From positions 289,664,001 through 289,728,000 of the forward strand of contig OZ024741.1 in the NCBI GenBank assembly GCA_964016885.1: a DNA stretch of 64,000 nucleotides, in the 5' to 3' direction. The notes beneath the pieces are model-generated. The model was not told the origin of the DNA. It did no database searches and saw only the letters and a list, made by a program, of their open reading frames with translations. This document shows, in pieces, positions 14,763 through 26,992 of the stretch. The DNA is from Eledone cirrhosa. Taxonomy: Eukaryota. Within the stretch, counting starts at the first letter, position 1. Each line of letters starts with the position of its first letter. The translations under genes were made by a program, and so were the position numbers.

Positions 14763-15319
14763 AAATTTCTAGGAGCGAAACCCATGGGCATTCGTACCCA
14801 AAGGTTGTCTTTATATATATGTATATGTATGTATATGTATGTATATGTATGTATATGTATGTATATAATATATTCATATACTTTCATACATATAATATAT
14901 TATCTATATATTTGTTATTTATAACAACAGTGCACGTATATATGTCCATAGCTTAATATTTGGTGAAATAAGAACTACATTTATACAACACACGTGTATT
15001 TCAGGTGTACAATTCAAAGGTTTTCATCATAATATCTTCAGAGCGTATGCGTGTTTGCCTCTGAGTGTGTGTGTGTGTATGTGCATGTATTTGTGAAAAG
15101 ATTATGTGTATAATTATTTGTATATGAGTATATATATGTACTTAATGTTGTTAAGGCAATAGCAGAACCGTCTTTAGTGGTGGTGTCTCAGCATGCAGCT
15201 GTGGCGGAGTAGTTTGAAATAATTATTCAACGTTTGATTTATTGTGTATGTTGCGAGCTATGCTTTGATATGTATTATGTTGACACACAAACACATACAC
15301 ACACACACACACACACACG

Positions 15320-15355
<36 letters not shown>

Positions 15356-15473
15356 CATATATACATATATACATATATATAAATATATATAAATATTTAT
15401 ATACATTTATGTATATATATACATATATACATATATACATATATATAAATATATATAAATATTTATATACATT

Positions 15474-15522
<49 letters not shown>

Positions 15523-15559
15523 ACATTTATATAAATCTACATAAATATATGTCTTTTTT

Positions 15560-15690
<131 letters not shown>

Positions 15691-15889
15691 TATATATACA
15701 GACATATAATTTATCAGTAGTTTTCGTGATTGAAATACGTGTGTTTATCAAGCAAATGTGGTAGCTGTTTTTGTTTGGGTATTTTGTTGTAGTTTTTATT
15801 GTTGTATTTGTTGTTCATGGTTTTCTTTCCTATAGATTTTTTATTTAATGTTTAAGATTATGCAGAATTTGTATGTATTCAAATTTATA

Positions 15890-15936
<47 letters not shown>

Positions 15937-16601
15937 CGAGAGAGAGAGAGAGAGAGACTCTGCGCTGCTTAGTTTCAATATATTAATATATACATATATG
16001 TGTATATATATTCATAAACATAAATATATATATATATATATATATACATATGCATATATACATATATATATATATATATTTATATATACATATATGTATA
16101 TATATATATATATATATTCATAAACATAAATATATATATATATAAACATATGTATATATACATATATATATATATTTATATATACATATATATATATATA
16201 TATATTCATAAACATAAATATATATATATACATATGCATATATACATATATATATATATATTTATATATACATATATGTATATATATATATATATATATA
16301 TTCATAAACATAAATATATATATATATATATAAACATATGTATATATACATATATAATTATAGATGTGTCAATATATATATATATATATTTATTTATAGA
16401 GATGTATGTATATTTGTATATATATATATACACACGTTTTGATTGTACGTACGTACCGGTGTGTATGCACACTGGATTATATATATTTGTAAGCGTATTT
16501 TGGTAATAGTTATGGGAAGGTGAGGGTGTTACATGTTTGCTTTACACATTCTGCCAATGTTTATTATTTGGGTGCAGCAGCTCTATCGTTTAACCTAACG
16601 G

Positions 16602-16634
<33 letters not shown>

Positions 16635-16706
16635 ATGTATGTATACATATTTATATTTATATACGTATCCATATACATATAAATAATCATATTTATACAT
16701 ATACAT

Positions 16707-16801
<95 letters not shown>

Positions 16802-16860
16802 TATACATGCACACATATATACATATATATGTGTGAGTGTGTGTTTGTATATGTGTGTGT

Positions 16861-16894
<34 letters not shown>

Positions 16895-17455
16895 ATATAT
16901 ACATATCTATATATATATATATATGTATATATAAATGTGTATATATATATATGTATGTATGGGCGTACATATATTTATTATTATATATGTGTTTATATAT
17001 ATATATATATATATATACATATATATAAACACACTTTCTCTCACCACCTCCATACACACACATATAAATATACACACACATATAAATATATATGTATATA
17101 TGTGTTTGTGTATAAATAGATATATATTTAGATAGACACACATATAGATACATACATAAATACATACCTTCTTACACACACACAAACACACACACACACA
17201 CATATATATATATACGGCAATGATGATGACTGTGAAGAGGATTATCTGTATGTGTTTATGTGAGCATGTGTACGTGTCAATTATCATGTAAGAGTCATTT
17301 AAGTGTATGAATGTGTTTATCGGAAGTGATTCTTGTATTTTCATCTAACATATTGATTTTCGTTTGTGTGTGTGACGAAAAACAAAAACACGTCACAAAT
17401 ATGTCGACATAGATAGATAGATGTATATACTGAGATAAAAGATATAGAGAATATA

Positions 17456-17495
<40 letters not shown>

Positions 17496-17710
17496 TGCGT
17501 GTATGTGTGAGAGAGAGAGAGAGAGCGAGAGAGAAGGTGGGGGTGGAGGAGATAAATGGATCGGTCGATAGTTTTGTTTATTTAAATATAATATATTCAC
17601 ACTCACACAAACATTTATAAACACACTGATACCTACACCCAGAAACAGACACACACACGCACGCATGCACACACACACACACACACACATACACACATAT
17701 ATATATATTT

Positions 17711-17744
<34 letters not shown>

Positions 17745-18410
17745 GCACACACACACACACAAACACACATATATATATACACACATACACACGCATATAT
17801 ATATACACACATACACACACATATATATATATTTTATAAGAAATTACAAGGATGTGAGGTAGCCACTTTGTACTAACTTTGAGAGAAAAATCCTAAATGG
17901 ATATCTTCCTTCCTCCCTCCCTCTCTCATTGACAACGTGGTCAGTTATCACGTAACAGCCATCTACATCTATCTACCAGCCTATGTACTTTTCCCTCTTC
18001 AAACAATAAATACATCTTGTTTCTACCTAACTGTGTAACAATCTACCTACCCCCCTACATATCATTTTCTATTTATGTATTTATCCGGAAACATGGATAA
18101 ATAGATCGATACATGGGTAGAACAAAGACATAATTTAGTAGATATTTGCATATGATAATGATTTAAGTAAACGTGAAGAAAATTATTGTAATTGATTTTA
18201 AATGAATGTAAAATGAAATACGGCCTTGGTCGGAGTGACATGCGGACGAAAGCCAAGCAAAAGCGACTATTCAACTATCTTTACGTGTCTGTTTTAATCA
18301 ATGAATTTGTAGAATAAATATATTTTACTATAATTTACTTATACATTTTATAAAATTTACTTTATTCTAATTACACACACACACAAACACACGCACACAC
18401 GCACACACGC

Positions 18411-18477
<67 letters not shown>

Positions 18478-18530
18478 AATACGTGTATATATATATATAT
18501 ATATATATACATACATATACACACTCACAT

Positions 18531-18573
<43 letters not shown>

Positions 18574-18577
<4 letters not shown>

Positions 18578-18770
18578 AATATAGATGAGATTCTACAGGA
18601 CTAGAACTGTTTCATTCATTAGAAATCATCAGGAATCTGATTCCTGATGATTTCTAATGAATGAAACAGTTCTAGTCCTGTAGAATCTCATCTATATTAA
18701 AACTTTTATACTCTGCTATGTATTGAGTACCTTACTTACTGTGGTTACCTCCGATTCAACCCGGAATAAC
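18574..18770 (+). mobile_element. Foldback element (family B) in (TA)n: 64-bp perfect arms plus 3' tail
   Basis: Arms 18574-18637 and 18639-18702. The tail 18703-18770 contains gtattgagtac. (TA)n flanks. Confidence 0.8.
18639..18687 (+). ncRNA. Type I hammerhead ribozyme, canonical core
   Basis: GATTC-CTGATGA-tTTCtaatGAAt-GAAA-CAG-ttctagtc-CTG-TA-GAATC. Stem I is 5 bp, stem II is short, stem III pairs, and the GUA cleavage triplet ends at 18682. Confidence 0.8.
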
Positions 18771-18839
<69 letters not shown>

Positions 18840-19117
18840 TCTGTGTGTGAAAATCAAACGCCCCATCACACATACATTTGTTATTAAGAAAAAGTGAAAT
18901 GAATGGTTAGACAAGAGAAAAAATTGCGAGAAAAGTATCTTAGCAATGAAATACTTTTTACATGTGTGTAGAGGGTGAAGAGAGAGTGAAGTGATGGGAG
19001 ATTGTGTACTGATGAACATACGAGCCTGATGCTATGTACACACACACACACACACGCACACGCACACACACACATACACACACACACACACAGACACACA
19101 CACACACACACACTCAC

Positions 19118-19158
<41 letters not shown>

Positions 19159-19543
19159 TACACACTCTCTCTCTCACACACATACACACTCTCTCTCTCA
19201 CACACACACAATCACACGCACAGACATATATGTATGTGTGTGTATGTGCGTCTGTGTATGAAGGTGCATGTCGTAGGGCTGGGCTGAACATGTTTGTTTG
19301 ACGACCGTAAGCTCGATTCCCTGACCGGTTGGCCCGTTATGTTTATGAGTAAAACAATTTAGTTTACGTTTGCTAAACATGCATATATATGTGGTCTATA
19401 TTACTTATACATGCATATAAGTAATTAACGTATATGTGGAATACTAGACCACATATACGTTAATTACTTGAGAAGGCAGCTCCTTTCATTGAATGAATTC
19501 GAGCGCCAGTTTTGGAAACGATGGTTGTCGAACATTAACAACA

Positions 19544-19603
<60 letters not shown>

Positions 19604-19808
19604 ATGAGAAGAAAGAAGAATACTGCGTGTTTGCACATGGGTTACATATGATAAAAATAGTCCTTCGTCAGTGATTTTCCAACTATCATTGATATTTCAT
19701 CGCATATATATATATAATATATATATACTCACAGAGAGAGTGAGATAAATGCACACACATATATAAATATATATGTATATACACACACATAGTGAGAGAG
19801 GAATGTGT

Positions 19809-19859
<51 letters not shown>

Positions 19860-19977
19860 AGAGAGGCAGAGATTGATGCCCAGTGAAAATAGAAAGATAA
19901 ACTAATTGATATTTAGACGGTATTTGACTGATATATAGTGATATACGTCATGAGATAGCTGTCTATCTAGATAGATA

Positions 19978-22779
19978 TATTTCTTTTATTTGCCACTAGG
20001 GCATCAAAAGTGGGACAAATACAAAGGGGGGAGTTTACACAAAAAGGCGTCCTCAATAAGGAGGAGGCAATAACAAAATATAAAAATAAAATAAGATATA
20101 ACAAAAAATAAAATTTTTAACAAAATCCTCAATAGAGAGGAGGCGCCTTGGGGGGTCGCACACACCCCCGAAAAAAGTGTGCAACCCTTCTCCTCAGGAG
20201 CACAGAGAAGGGGTGCTCCCTTGGTCTTTCATCTTCCTCACCTATAGTCTGATGTAGAGTGAAGGCCCATTCACACGGGCCATTCTCGCCACTTTCACCC
20301 ATCTTTCATAGAAACGGCTGGGGTGCAGCACCTCTCTCTCCATCCTGATCCTTCTTCCGAAATGATATCGGAAGAAACGGACCAGTTGTTGGCCAGAGAG
20401 AAAGGTGCCCGACCTCAGTCCTTTCAGACGCGTCCACCATACAACCTCTTTCGCCATGGCTATTACGCACAGAAACACCGCCTCTGCTTCATCTTTGAAG
20501 GGGGGAGGCGGCTTGATCATTACAATAGACTCGGTGGTTAACCGGATCGGTCCCACCCTTGACAGCAGTTGTTCGACATAGCCCCACAGATCGGCTACGC
20601 CCGAGCAGTGTACTAATGCGTGTGCAACGGTTTCCTCGTCGCACACGCATCTGGGACAGATCTTTTTGGCGGGGTCCCTACCCGGGCGCCCGTGTCTGTA
20701 GAGCCTTTCTCGAACGGGTAAAGCCCCTCGGTAGCACTGCCAGGCCAGGGACTTCTGGAAGTTGTCCATAGGTCCCGGGCTGAATGTCCTACCGAACAGG
20801 CTGGCCAGTTCGTCCTCCTCCATGTCTAGGGCTTCTCCGAGGGCGTCGTCGCACCTGCTGCGTACCAGCCCTCTATAGAATGTTGCGGTGGAGTCTCCAC
20901 TGATAACCGGATCCGCCTGCCAGAGGGCGGTGAGCGCCTGGGCACACTCAGTGTGCCAGGCGCCCAGTTTTCTCGGTCTTTGCTTGACCCAGGATTGCAG
21001 CTCGGTGAGTGAGACGAGTCTGGGAAAGGTTCGTCTCACAAACGAGGCCCACACCGGTTGTCCGGTGAGGAATACGTAGAGGTGCCGTAGCCTTAATGCG
21101 TGTTTACGCATCATTAGCCACGTCATCCCCAGCCCTCCTTTCGAAGGGTGTTGACAGCAGATGGATCTCCTCACCATAGGAGCCCGCTTCTTCCAAAGGA
21201 ATTGGAAGAGCGCGCGCTCCATCTTGGTGAGGGTTTCCCTTGGGCAGGGCACTACGGTCAGGCGGTAGTAGATGACGGACGCTATGTAGGTGTTCGCCAC
21301 CTCCGCCCGACCTTTCAGGGATAGTTTGCAACTGGCCCACTTCTGGGTCAGTGCAAACACCCTGTTCGTAACCTCCGCCCAGTTTTTCTCCACCTGGAGG
21401 TCCGGTCCGAACCAGACCCCGAGCAACTTCACCGGGCCCTCCGTCCAGCGTCCGACGACGCTATCGGAGGGCATCGGTCTGCCCCTCCACGTGCCGAGTT
21501 GCAAACCGATCGACTTGTCCCGGTTCAGCTTAGCCCCTGTGAACTTTTCGTACTCCTCCAGTAAGGTGCCGACCGCCTCGATTTCGGAGGCCGTCGACAC
21601 CATTACTGTCACGTCATCGGCGTAGGCCGACACCGCTTTCCGCAATCCCGGTTCCAAAGGGATGCCCTGCAACAACTCCAACTTCCGCAGTAGTGGCTCG
21701 AGAGTCAACACATACAGAAGGGAGGAGAGAGGGCACCCTTGTCGGATGGACCGCGCGATTTTGAACGGCTCCGAGAGGTAGCCGTTCACCTTGACCCTAG
21801 AGCAGATGCGGCTGCTGTGCATAGCAGTGATCCAGCCCCTGAAAACGGGTCCGAAGCCTGCCGCCGCTAGCACCGCATCCAGGTAACCATGGTCGACCCT
21901 ATCGAACGCCTTAGATTGATCCAAGTTGATCAGAGCCCCACCAAAGCCGGGTTCGTTCCCAACCCTCTCTATGATGTATCGCATGAGGTGGAGGTTGTCA
22001 TGGATGGACCTGGACGGGATAGCGCATGTCTGCGCATCTCCCACCAGGTTGCCCACGACAAGCGCCAACCTCTTTGCTAGCACCTTGGCCAAAATCTGTA
22101 ACTCTGTATTTAGCAGTGTTATGGGCCTGAAGTTACTTATTTCGTCCCCCTTGTTCTCGTCCTTCCTCACTAGCGTGACTACGCCCTTGGTCACAGTACA
22201 GGGAATTCTCCCGTTCTGTTGCCAGTTGCAGTAGACCGCCTCGAGGAGATCGGGGAACAAGTCCGGCATAGCTAGATATAATTCGTAAGGAAGACCATCG
22301 AGACCCGGGGATTTGCGTTTGCCGCATTGGCTCAGCACGTCCTCTATCTCAGCGGCCGAAATCGGCTCCTCGCAGGACTTCGCCTCCCTGTCCGAGAGGC
22401 GCGGCAGGCCGTCGAGGTATGGACCGAAGTCCACGTTCCCAACCGGCTCCCCGCCCCTCCCGAACAGTCGGGCAAAGTGCCTTTGAAAGGCCTCACACAT
22501 CTGCTTAGGCTCAAGAATCGCCCGTCCATCCAGGTCTCGCAAAGACTGGATGGTGGATTTAGTTCCACTGTTGGCCTCTGTCACGCGGGCCCAGCTAACA
22601 GCTTTGGTCCCCTCGTTCCCTAGAGCACGTATTTTACTTCGGACAACGCAGCCTTCGTGCTTCGCGTCGAAAAACTGGCTCAAAGCCGTTCTCGACGCTA
22701 GCACTCTGGCCACGTCGCCGCTTCTAATTGCCTCTTCTACTCTATCTATTAGCTCCCTTTCCTTCCTATTCCTATCCGC
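19978..22779 (-). mobile_element. 5'-truncated Tx1/L1-clade non-LTR retrotransposon with a 21-bp target-site duplication
   Basis: GC-rich island in AT-rich host DNA. The TSD agctgtctatctagatagata is at 19957-19977 and 22780-22800. The 3' end on the - strand is ...GGCAAATAAAAGAAATA. ORF1 and the endonuclease domain are absent. Confidence 0.92.
20242..22779 (-). CDS. LINE ORF2 fragment: reverse transcriptase plus C-terminal zinc knuckle (N-terminally truncated)
   Basis: Motifs FRPITLLN, QTCAIPSRSIHDN, LDQSKAFDRVDH, SIRQGCPLS, AYADDV and CPRC-x8-HALVHC. There are no internal stops. The frame continues upstream of the annotated GTG to the junction (ADRNRKERELIDRVEEAIRSGD). Confidence 0.9.
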   Translation of the reverse strand, partial: ADRNRKERELIDRVEEAIRSGDVARVLASRTALSQFFDAKHEGCVVRSKIRALGNEGTKAVSWARVTEANSGTKSTIQSLRDLDGRAILEPKQMCEAFQRHFARLFGRGGEPVGNVDFGPYLDGLPRLSDREAKSCEEPISAAEIEDVLSQCGKRKSPGLDGLPYELYLAMPDLFPDLLEAVYCNWQQNGRIPCTVTKGVVTLVRKDENKGDEISNFRPITLLNTELQILAKVLAKRLALVVGNLVGDAQTCAIPSRSIHDNLHLMRYIIERVGNEPGFGGALINLDQSKAFDRVDHGYLDAVLAAAGFGPVFRGWITAMHSSRICSRVKVNGYLSEPFKIARSIRQGCPLSSLLYVLTLEPLLRKLELLQGIPLEPGLRKAVSAYADDVTVMVSTASEIEAVGTLLEEYEKFTGAKLNRDKSIGLQLGTWRGRPMPSDSVVGRWTEGPVKLLGVWFGPDLQVEKNWAEVTNRVFALTQKWASCKLSLKGRAEVANTYIASVIYYRLTVVPCPRETLTKMERALFQFLWKKRAPMVRRSICCQHPSKGGLGMTWLMMRKHALRLRHLYVFLTGQPVWASFVRRTFPRLVSLTELQSWVKQRPRKLGAWHTECAQALTALWQADPVISGDSTATFYRGLVRSRCDDALGEALDMEEDELASLFGRTFSPGPMDNFQKSLAWQCYRGALPVRERLYRHGRPGRDPAKKICPRCVCDEETVAHALVHCSGVADLWGYVEQLLSRVGPIRLTTESIVMIKPPPPFKDEAEAVFLCVIAMAKEVVWWTRLKGLRSGTFLSGQQLVRFFRYHFGRRIRMEREVLHPSRFYERWVKVARMARVNGPSLYIRL

Positions 22780-22818
22780 AGCTGTCTATCTAGATAGATA
22801 GATAGCTAGACAGATAGA

Positions 22819-22889
<71 letters not shown>

Positions 22890-22890
<1 letters not shown>

Positions 22891-23032
22891 TAAGAGAGGC
22901 AGAGATTGATGCCCAGTGAAAATAGAAAGATAAACTAATTGATATTTAGACGGTATTTGACTGATATATAGTGATATACGTGATGAGATAGCTGTCTATC
23001 TATCTAGATAGATAGCTAGACAGATAGAATAG
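22890..23032. repeat. Tandem paralog of the LINE target unit (empty site)
   Basis: Matches 19857-19977 joined to 22801-22822, with about 3 differences. Confidence 0.9.
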
Positions 23033-23036
23033 ATAT

Positions 23037-23104
<68 letters not shown>

Positions 23105-24169
23105 GAGAGAGAGTGAGAGAGAGATGTAGTAAGAGATTGTAGTGGGAAATCTGTGGTAGGCTGTGGGGGAGGTGAATCAGCAGGGAGTGAAAGATCAATG
23201 GAGAAAGTGTGTATGTGCATACATAACTAACAGACAGAGGGTGAGCGTTAGAGTGAGAGAGAGAGAGGGGGGAGAAAGAGAGAAAGAAATAATGAGAAAG
23301 AGAGAGAGAGAAATTGAGGAGCGATGTGTTCACATAGCTTAATTGCCAAGATGTATGCTGAACATTAAAATGTATATGCCCATTATAATATCCTACATTA
23401 TCTTAATATAATAATAGGGTCGCTTATTAGAGTTGACCTCTTAGCAAAGTGAGGTCTACTTTGCAGCATGACAGCTGGAAGTGACCACCTACGACGGATA
23501 AAAGGAGAAAGAAATTCATGAAATACTTTCGTTGGAATAGAAACTTATCGGTTGTAAACAAAAATTTGGTTTTGTTGATGATTGCTTGGTGTTTGTAGCT
23601 TTTTAAACGACGCCTCTAGAGTGAAATTTTACCTACCAACTGCAAGATTATTCACAGTTAATCGAACATTTCTAAATGACTATACTGTATATGTGAGGCT
23701 CTATTTTATGTAAATTTAGTATGGAAAATCTTCCTTGTGCAGGAAAGGAAAAGAAGAGTGTGGAGTGAATGCTATGAGTTGTATTTTGTCAGTGGAGTGA
23801 TTGTCTATAGCATTTATCTAACTTTGATCTAACTTTGATCTCGTTTTGCTAGCTGTTTCTATCATCGATCATTTTCTCGCATGTAGTTCTAAAACTAAAA
23901 TCAACGCAAGTGGGATTCGATCTCGTAAAATGATGTGACTAAACACCACAATGACATGATGCTCAACTGTTTTATACTATTTCACTGCCATGGTGCTTTT
24001 CCAATTTTCTTGATACGCCACATGGACGGTCTTTTGATTCTGTCAACTTACCATCTTCAGCAAATCTACAGCTTTTTCTATTCTAATAAGGAATATTATA
24101 TGGATATTACACCAAGTCTCATCAAAACACAACACAGGCGTAGCAATTAATTCAAAATTAAATAATCAA

Positions 24170-24890
24170 TGTTGGCATTGCAAGTCATTCCAAAATAGGA
24201 AAACCCCATTGCAGATCATTCCATGATGATATCGCCGATTGCAGGATAATCAACATTGGTATCGCCCATTGCAAGCCATTCCACATTGTTATCGTTCAAT
24301 GCACGTCAATCTACAATAGTATCGCCCATTGTAGTCATTCCACAATGGTATCGCCCATCGCAGATCATTCTATAATAGTATCGCCCATTGCAGGTCATTC
24401 CACAATGGTATCACCCATTGCAGGTCATGCCACTATGGTATCATCCATTGCAGGTCATTCTAAAATAGTATCGCCCATTGCAGTTCAATCTAAAATGACA
24501 TCGACTATTACAGGTCATTCCATAATGGTATCGCCCACTGTAGGTCATTCTATAATAGTACATCCAATTGAAAGCCATTGATCAATGCTAATTCATATTA
24601 TAGCTCTTTTCATTGTGGTATCTCCTGGTGCAATTCACTTCAAAATAGTAAATCACCTCGCAAGCTATAGTGGTATCTCCCATTGTATCTCATTCCACTG
24701 TTGTCTCCCATTTTAAGTCATTGCACAATGGTATCTTCCATTGTATCTCTTTCCCACAAAGTATCATCCATCGTAAGTCATTGCACACTGGATTCTCTGA
24801 TTACAGGACACATTGGTATGTTCCATTTTGGATCATCTCATTATCTTACATTACAGGTCGTTTCTCAGTGGTATCTTCCCATTTTGCATA
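24170..24890. repeat. Degenerate 30-bp tandem repeat (ggtatcgcccattgcaggtcattccacaat)
   Basis: 30-bp periodicity, best conserved at 24230-24570. Confidence 0.85.
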
Positions 24891-24971
24891 ATAATTGACC
24901 TACCCTCCGAAGCTTTAAAATGGACAATTCTTCAAGAGAGAAATAGTAGTGACTGACGAAGGGGCTGATGA

Positions 24972-26805
24972 TAGTAAGGAAGATGGTAGGGACAGTGGTG
25001 TGGTGATGGTAAGGAAGGTGGCAGTGGTGTGGTGATGGTAAGGAAGATGGTAGTGGTGTGGTGATGGTAAGGAAGATGGTAGGGACAGTGGTGTGGTGAT
25101 GGTAAGGAAGATGGTAGTGGTGTGGTGATGGTAAGGAAGATGGTAGGGATAATGGTGTGGTGATGGTAAGGAAGATGGTAGGGACAGTGGTGTGGTGATG
25201 GTAAACAAGATGGTAGGGATAGTGGTGTGGTGATGGTGAGGAAGGTGGCAGTGGTGTGGTGATGGTAAGGAAGATGGTAGTGGTGTGGTGATGGTAAGGA
25301 AGATGGTAGTGGTGTGGTGATGGTGAGGAAGATGGTAGTGGTGTGGTGATGGAAGGAAGATGGTAGGGATAGTGGTGTGGTGATGGTAAGGAAGATGGTA
25401 GGGACAGTGGTGTGGTGTGGAAGATAGTAGGGATAGTGGTTTGGTGATGGTAATGAAGATGGTAGGGATAGTGGTGTGGTGATGGTAAGGAAGATGGTAG
25501 GGACAGTGGTGTGGTGATGGTAAACAAGATGGTAGGGATAGTGGTGATGGTGAGGTAGATGGTAGGGACAGTGGTATGGTGATGGTAAGGAAGATGGTAG
25601 GGATAGTGGTCTGGTGATGGTAAGGAAGATGGTAGGGACAGTGGTGTGGTGATGGTAAGGAAGATGGTAGGGATAATAGTGTGGTGATGGTAAGGAAGAT
25701 GGTAGGGACAGTGGTGTGGTGATGGTAAGGAAGATGGTAGGGAGAGTGGTGTGGTGATGGTAAGGAAGATGGTAGGGAGAGTGGTGTGGTGATGGTAAGG
25801 AAGATGGTAGGGATAATGGTGTGATGATGGTAAGGAAGATGGTAGGGACAGTGGTGTGGTGATGGTAAGGAAGATGGTAGGGAGAGTGGTGTGGTGATGG
25901 TAAGGAAGATGGTAGGGATAATGGTGTGATGATGGTAAGGAAGATGGTAGGGATAGTGGTGTGGTGATGGTAAGGAAGATGGTAGGGATAATGGTGTGAT
26001 GATGGTAAGGAAGATGGTAGGGAGAGTGGTGTGGTGATGGTAAGGAAGATGGTAGGGATAATAGTGTGGTGATGGTAAAGTAGATGGTAGGGACAGTGGT
26101 GTGGTGATGGTAAGGAAGATGGTAGGGATAATAGTGTGGTGATGGTAAAGTAGATGGTAGGGACAGTGGTGTGTTGATGGTAAGGAAGATGGTAGGGATA
26201 GTGGTCTGGTGATGGTAAGGAAGATGGTAGGGACAGTGGTGTGGTGATGGTAAGGAAGATGGTAGGGATAGTGGTCTGGTGATGGTAAGGAAGATGGTAG
26301 GGATAGTGGTGTGGTGATGGTAAGGAAGATGGTAGGGATAGTGGTGTGGTGATGGTAAGGAAGATGGTAGGGATAGTGGTCTGATGATGGTAAGGAAGAT
26401 GGTAGGGACAGTGGTGTGGTGATGGTAAGGAAGATGGTAGGGATTGTGGTCTGGTGATGGTAAGGAAGATGGTAGGGACAGTGGTGTGGTGATGGTAAGG
26501 AAGATGGTAGGGATAGTGGTGTGGTGATGGTAAGGAAGATGGTAGGGATAGTGGTGATGGTAAAGTAGATGGTAGGGATAGTGGTGTGGTGATGGTAAGG
26601 AAGATGGTAGGGAGAGTGGTGTGGTGATGGTAAGGAAGATGGTAGCGAGAGTGGTGTGGTGATGGTAAGGAAGATGGTAGGGATAGTGGTGTGGTGATGG
26701 TAAGGAAGATGGTAGGGAGAGTGGTGTGGTGATGGTAAGGAAGATGGTAGAGGTGTGGTGATGGTAAGGAAGATGGTAGGGAGAGTGGTGATGGTAAAGT
26801 AGATT
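24972..26805. repeat. 35-bp G-rich minisatellite GGTAGGGATAGTGGTGTGGTGATGGTAAGGAAGAT
   Basis: About 50 units, with 29-bp variants at the 5' end. Confidence 0.95.
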
Positions 26806-26992
26806 GTAGGCTAGTTAGGGTTGATAGTAGTGATTATGAAGATGTTGAAAACAATGGTGTTGATGGTAATTATGATGTTAATACTGGTGAGATATAGTAA
26901 ATGGGGTTAATTAGGATAAGAAGGATATCGATGATGATGAAGCTTATGCTGGTGGTGAGAATAATGATGACGGTGATGATGATGGTAATGAT

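Noticed and set aside
24170-24890. 30-bp periodic repeat as a CRISPR-like array or coding repeat (MVSPIAGHST)
   Set aside because: There are no unique spacers, only contiguous degenerate units, and the reading frame is interrupted. The context is eukaryotic.
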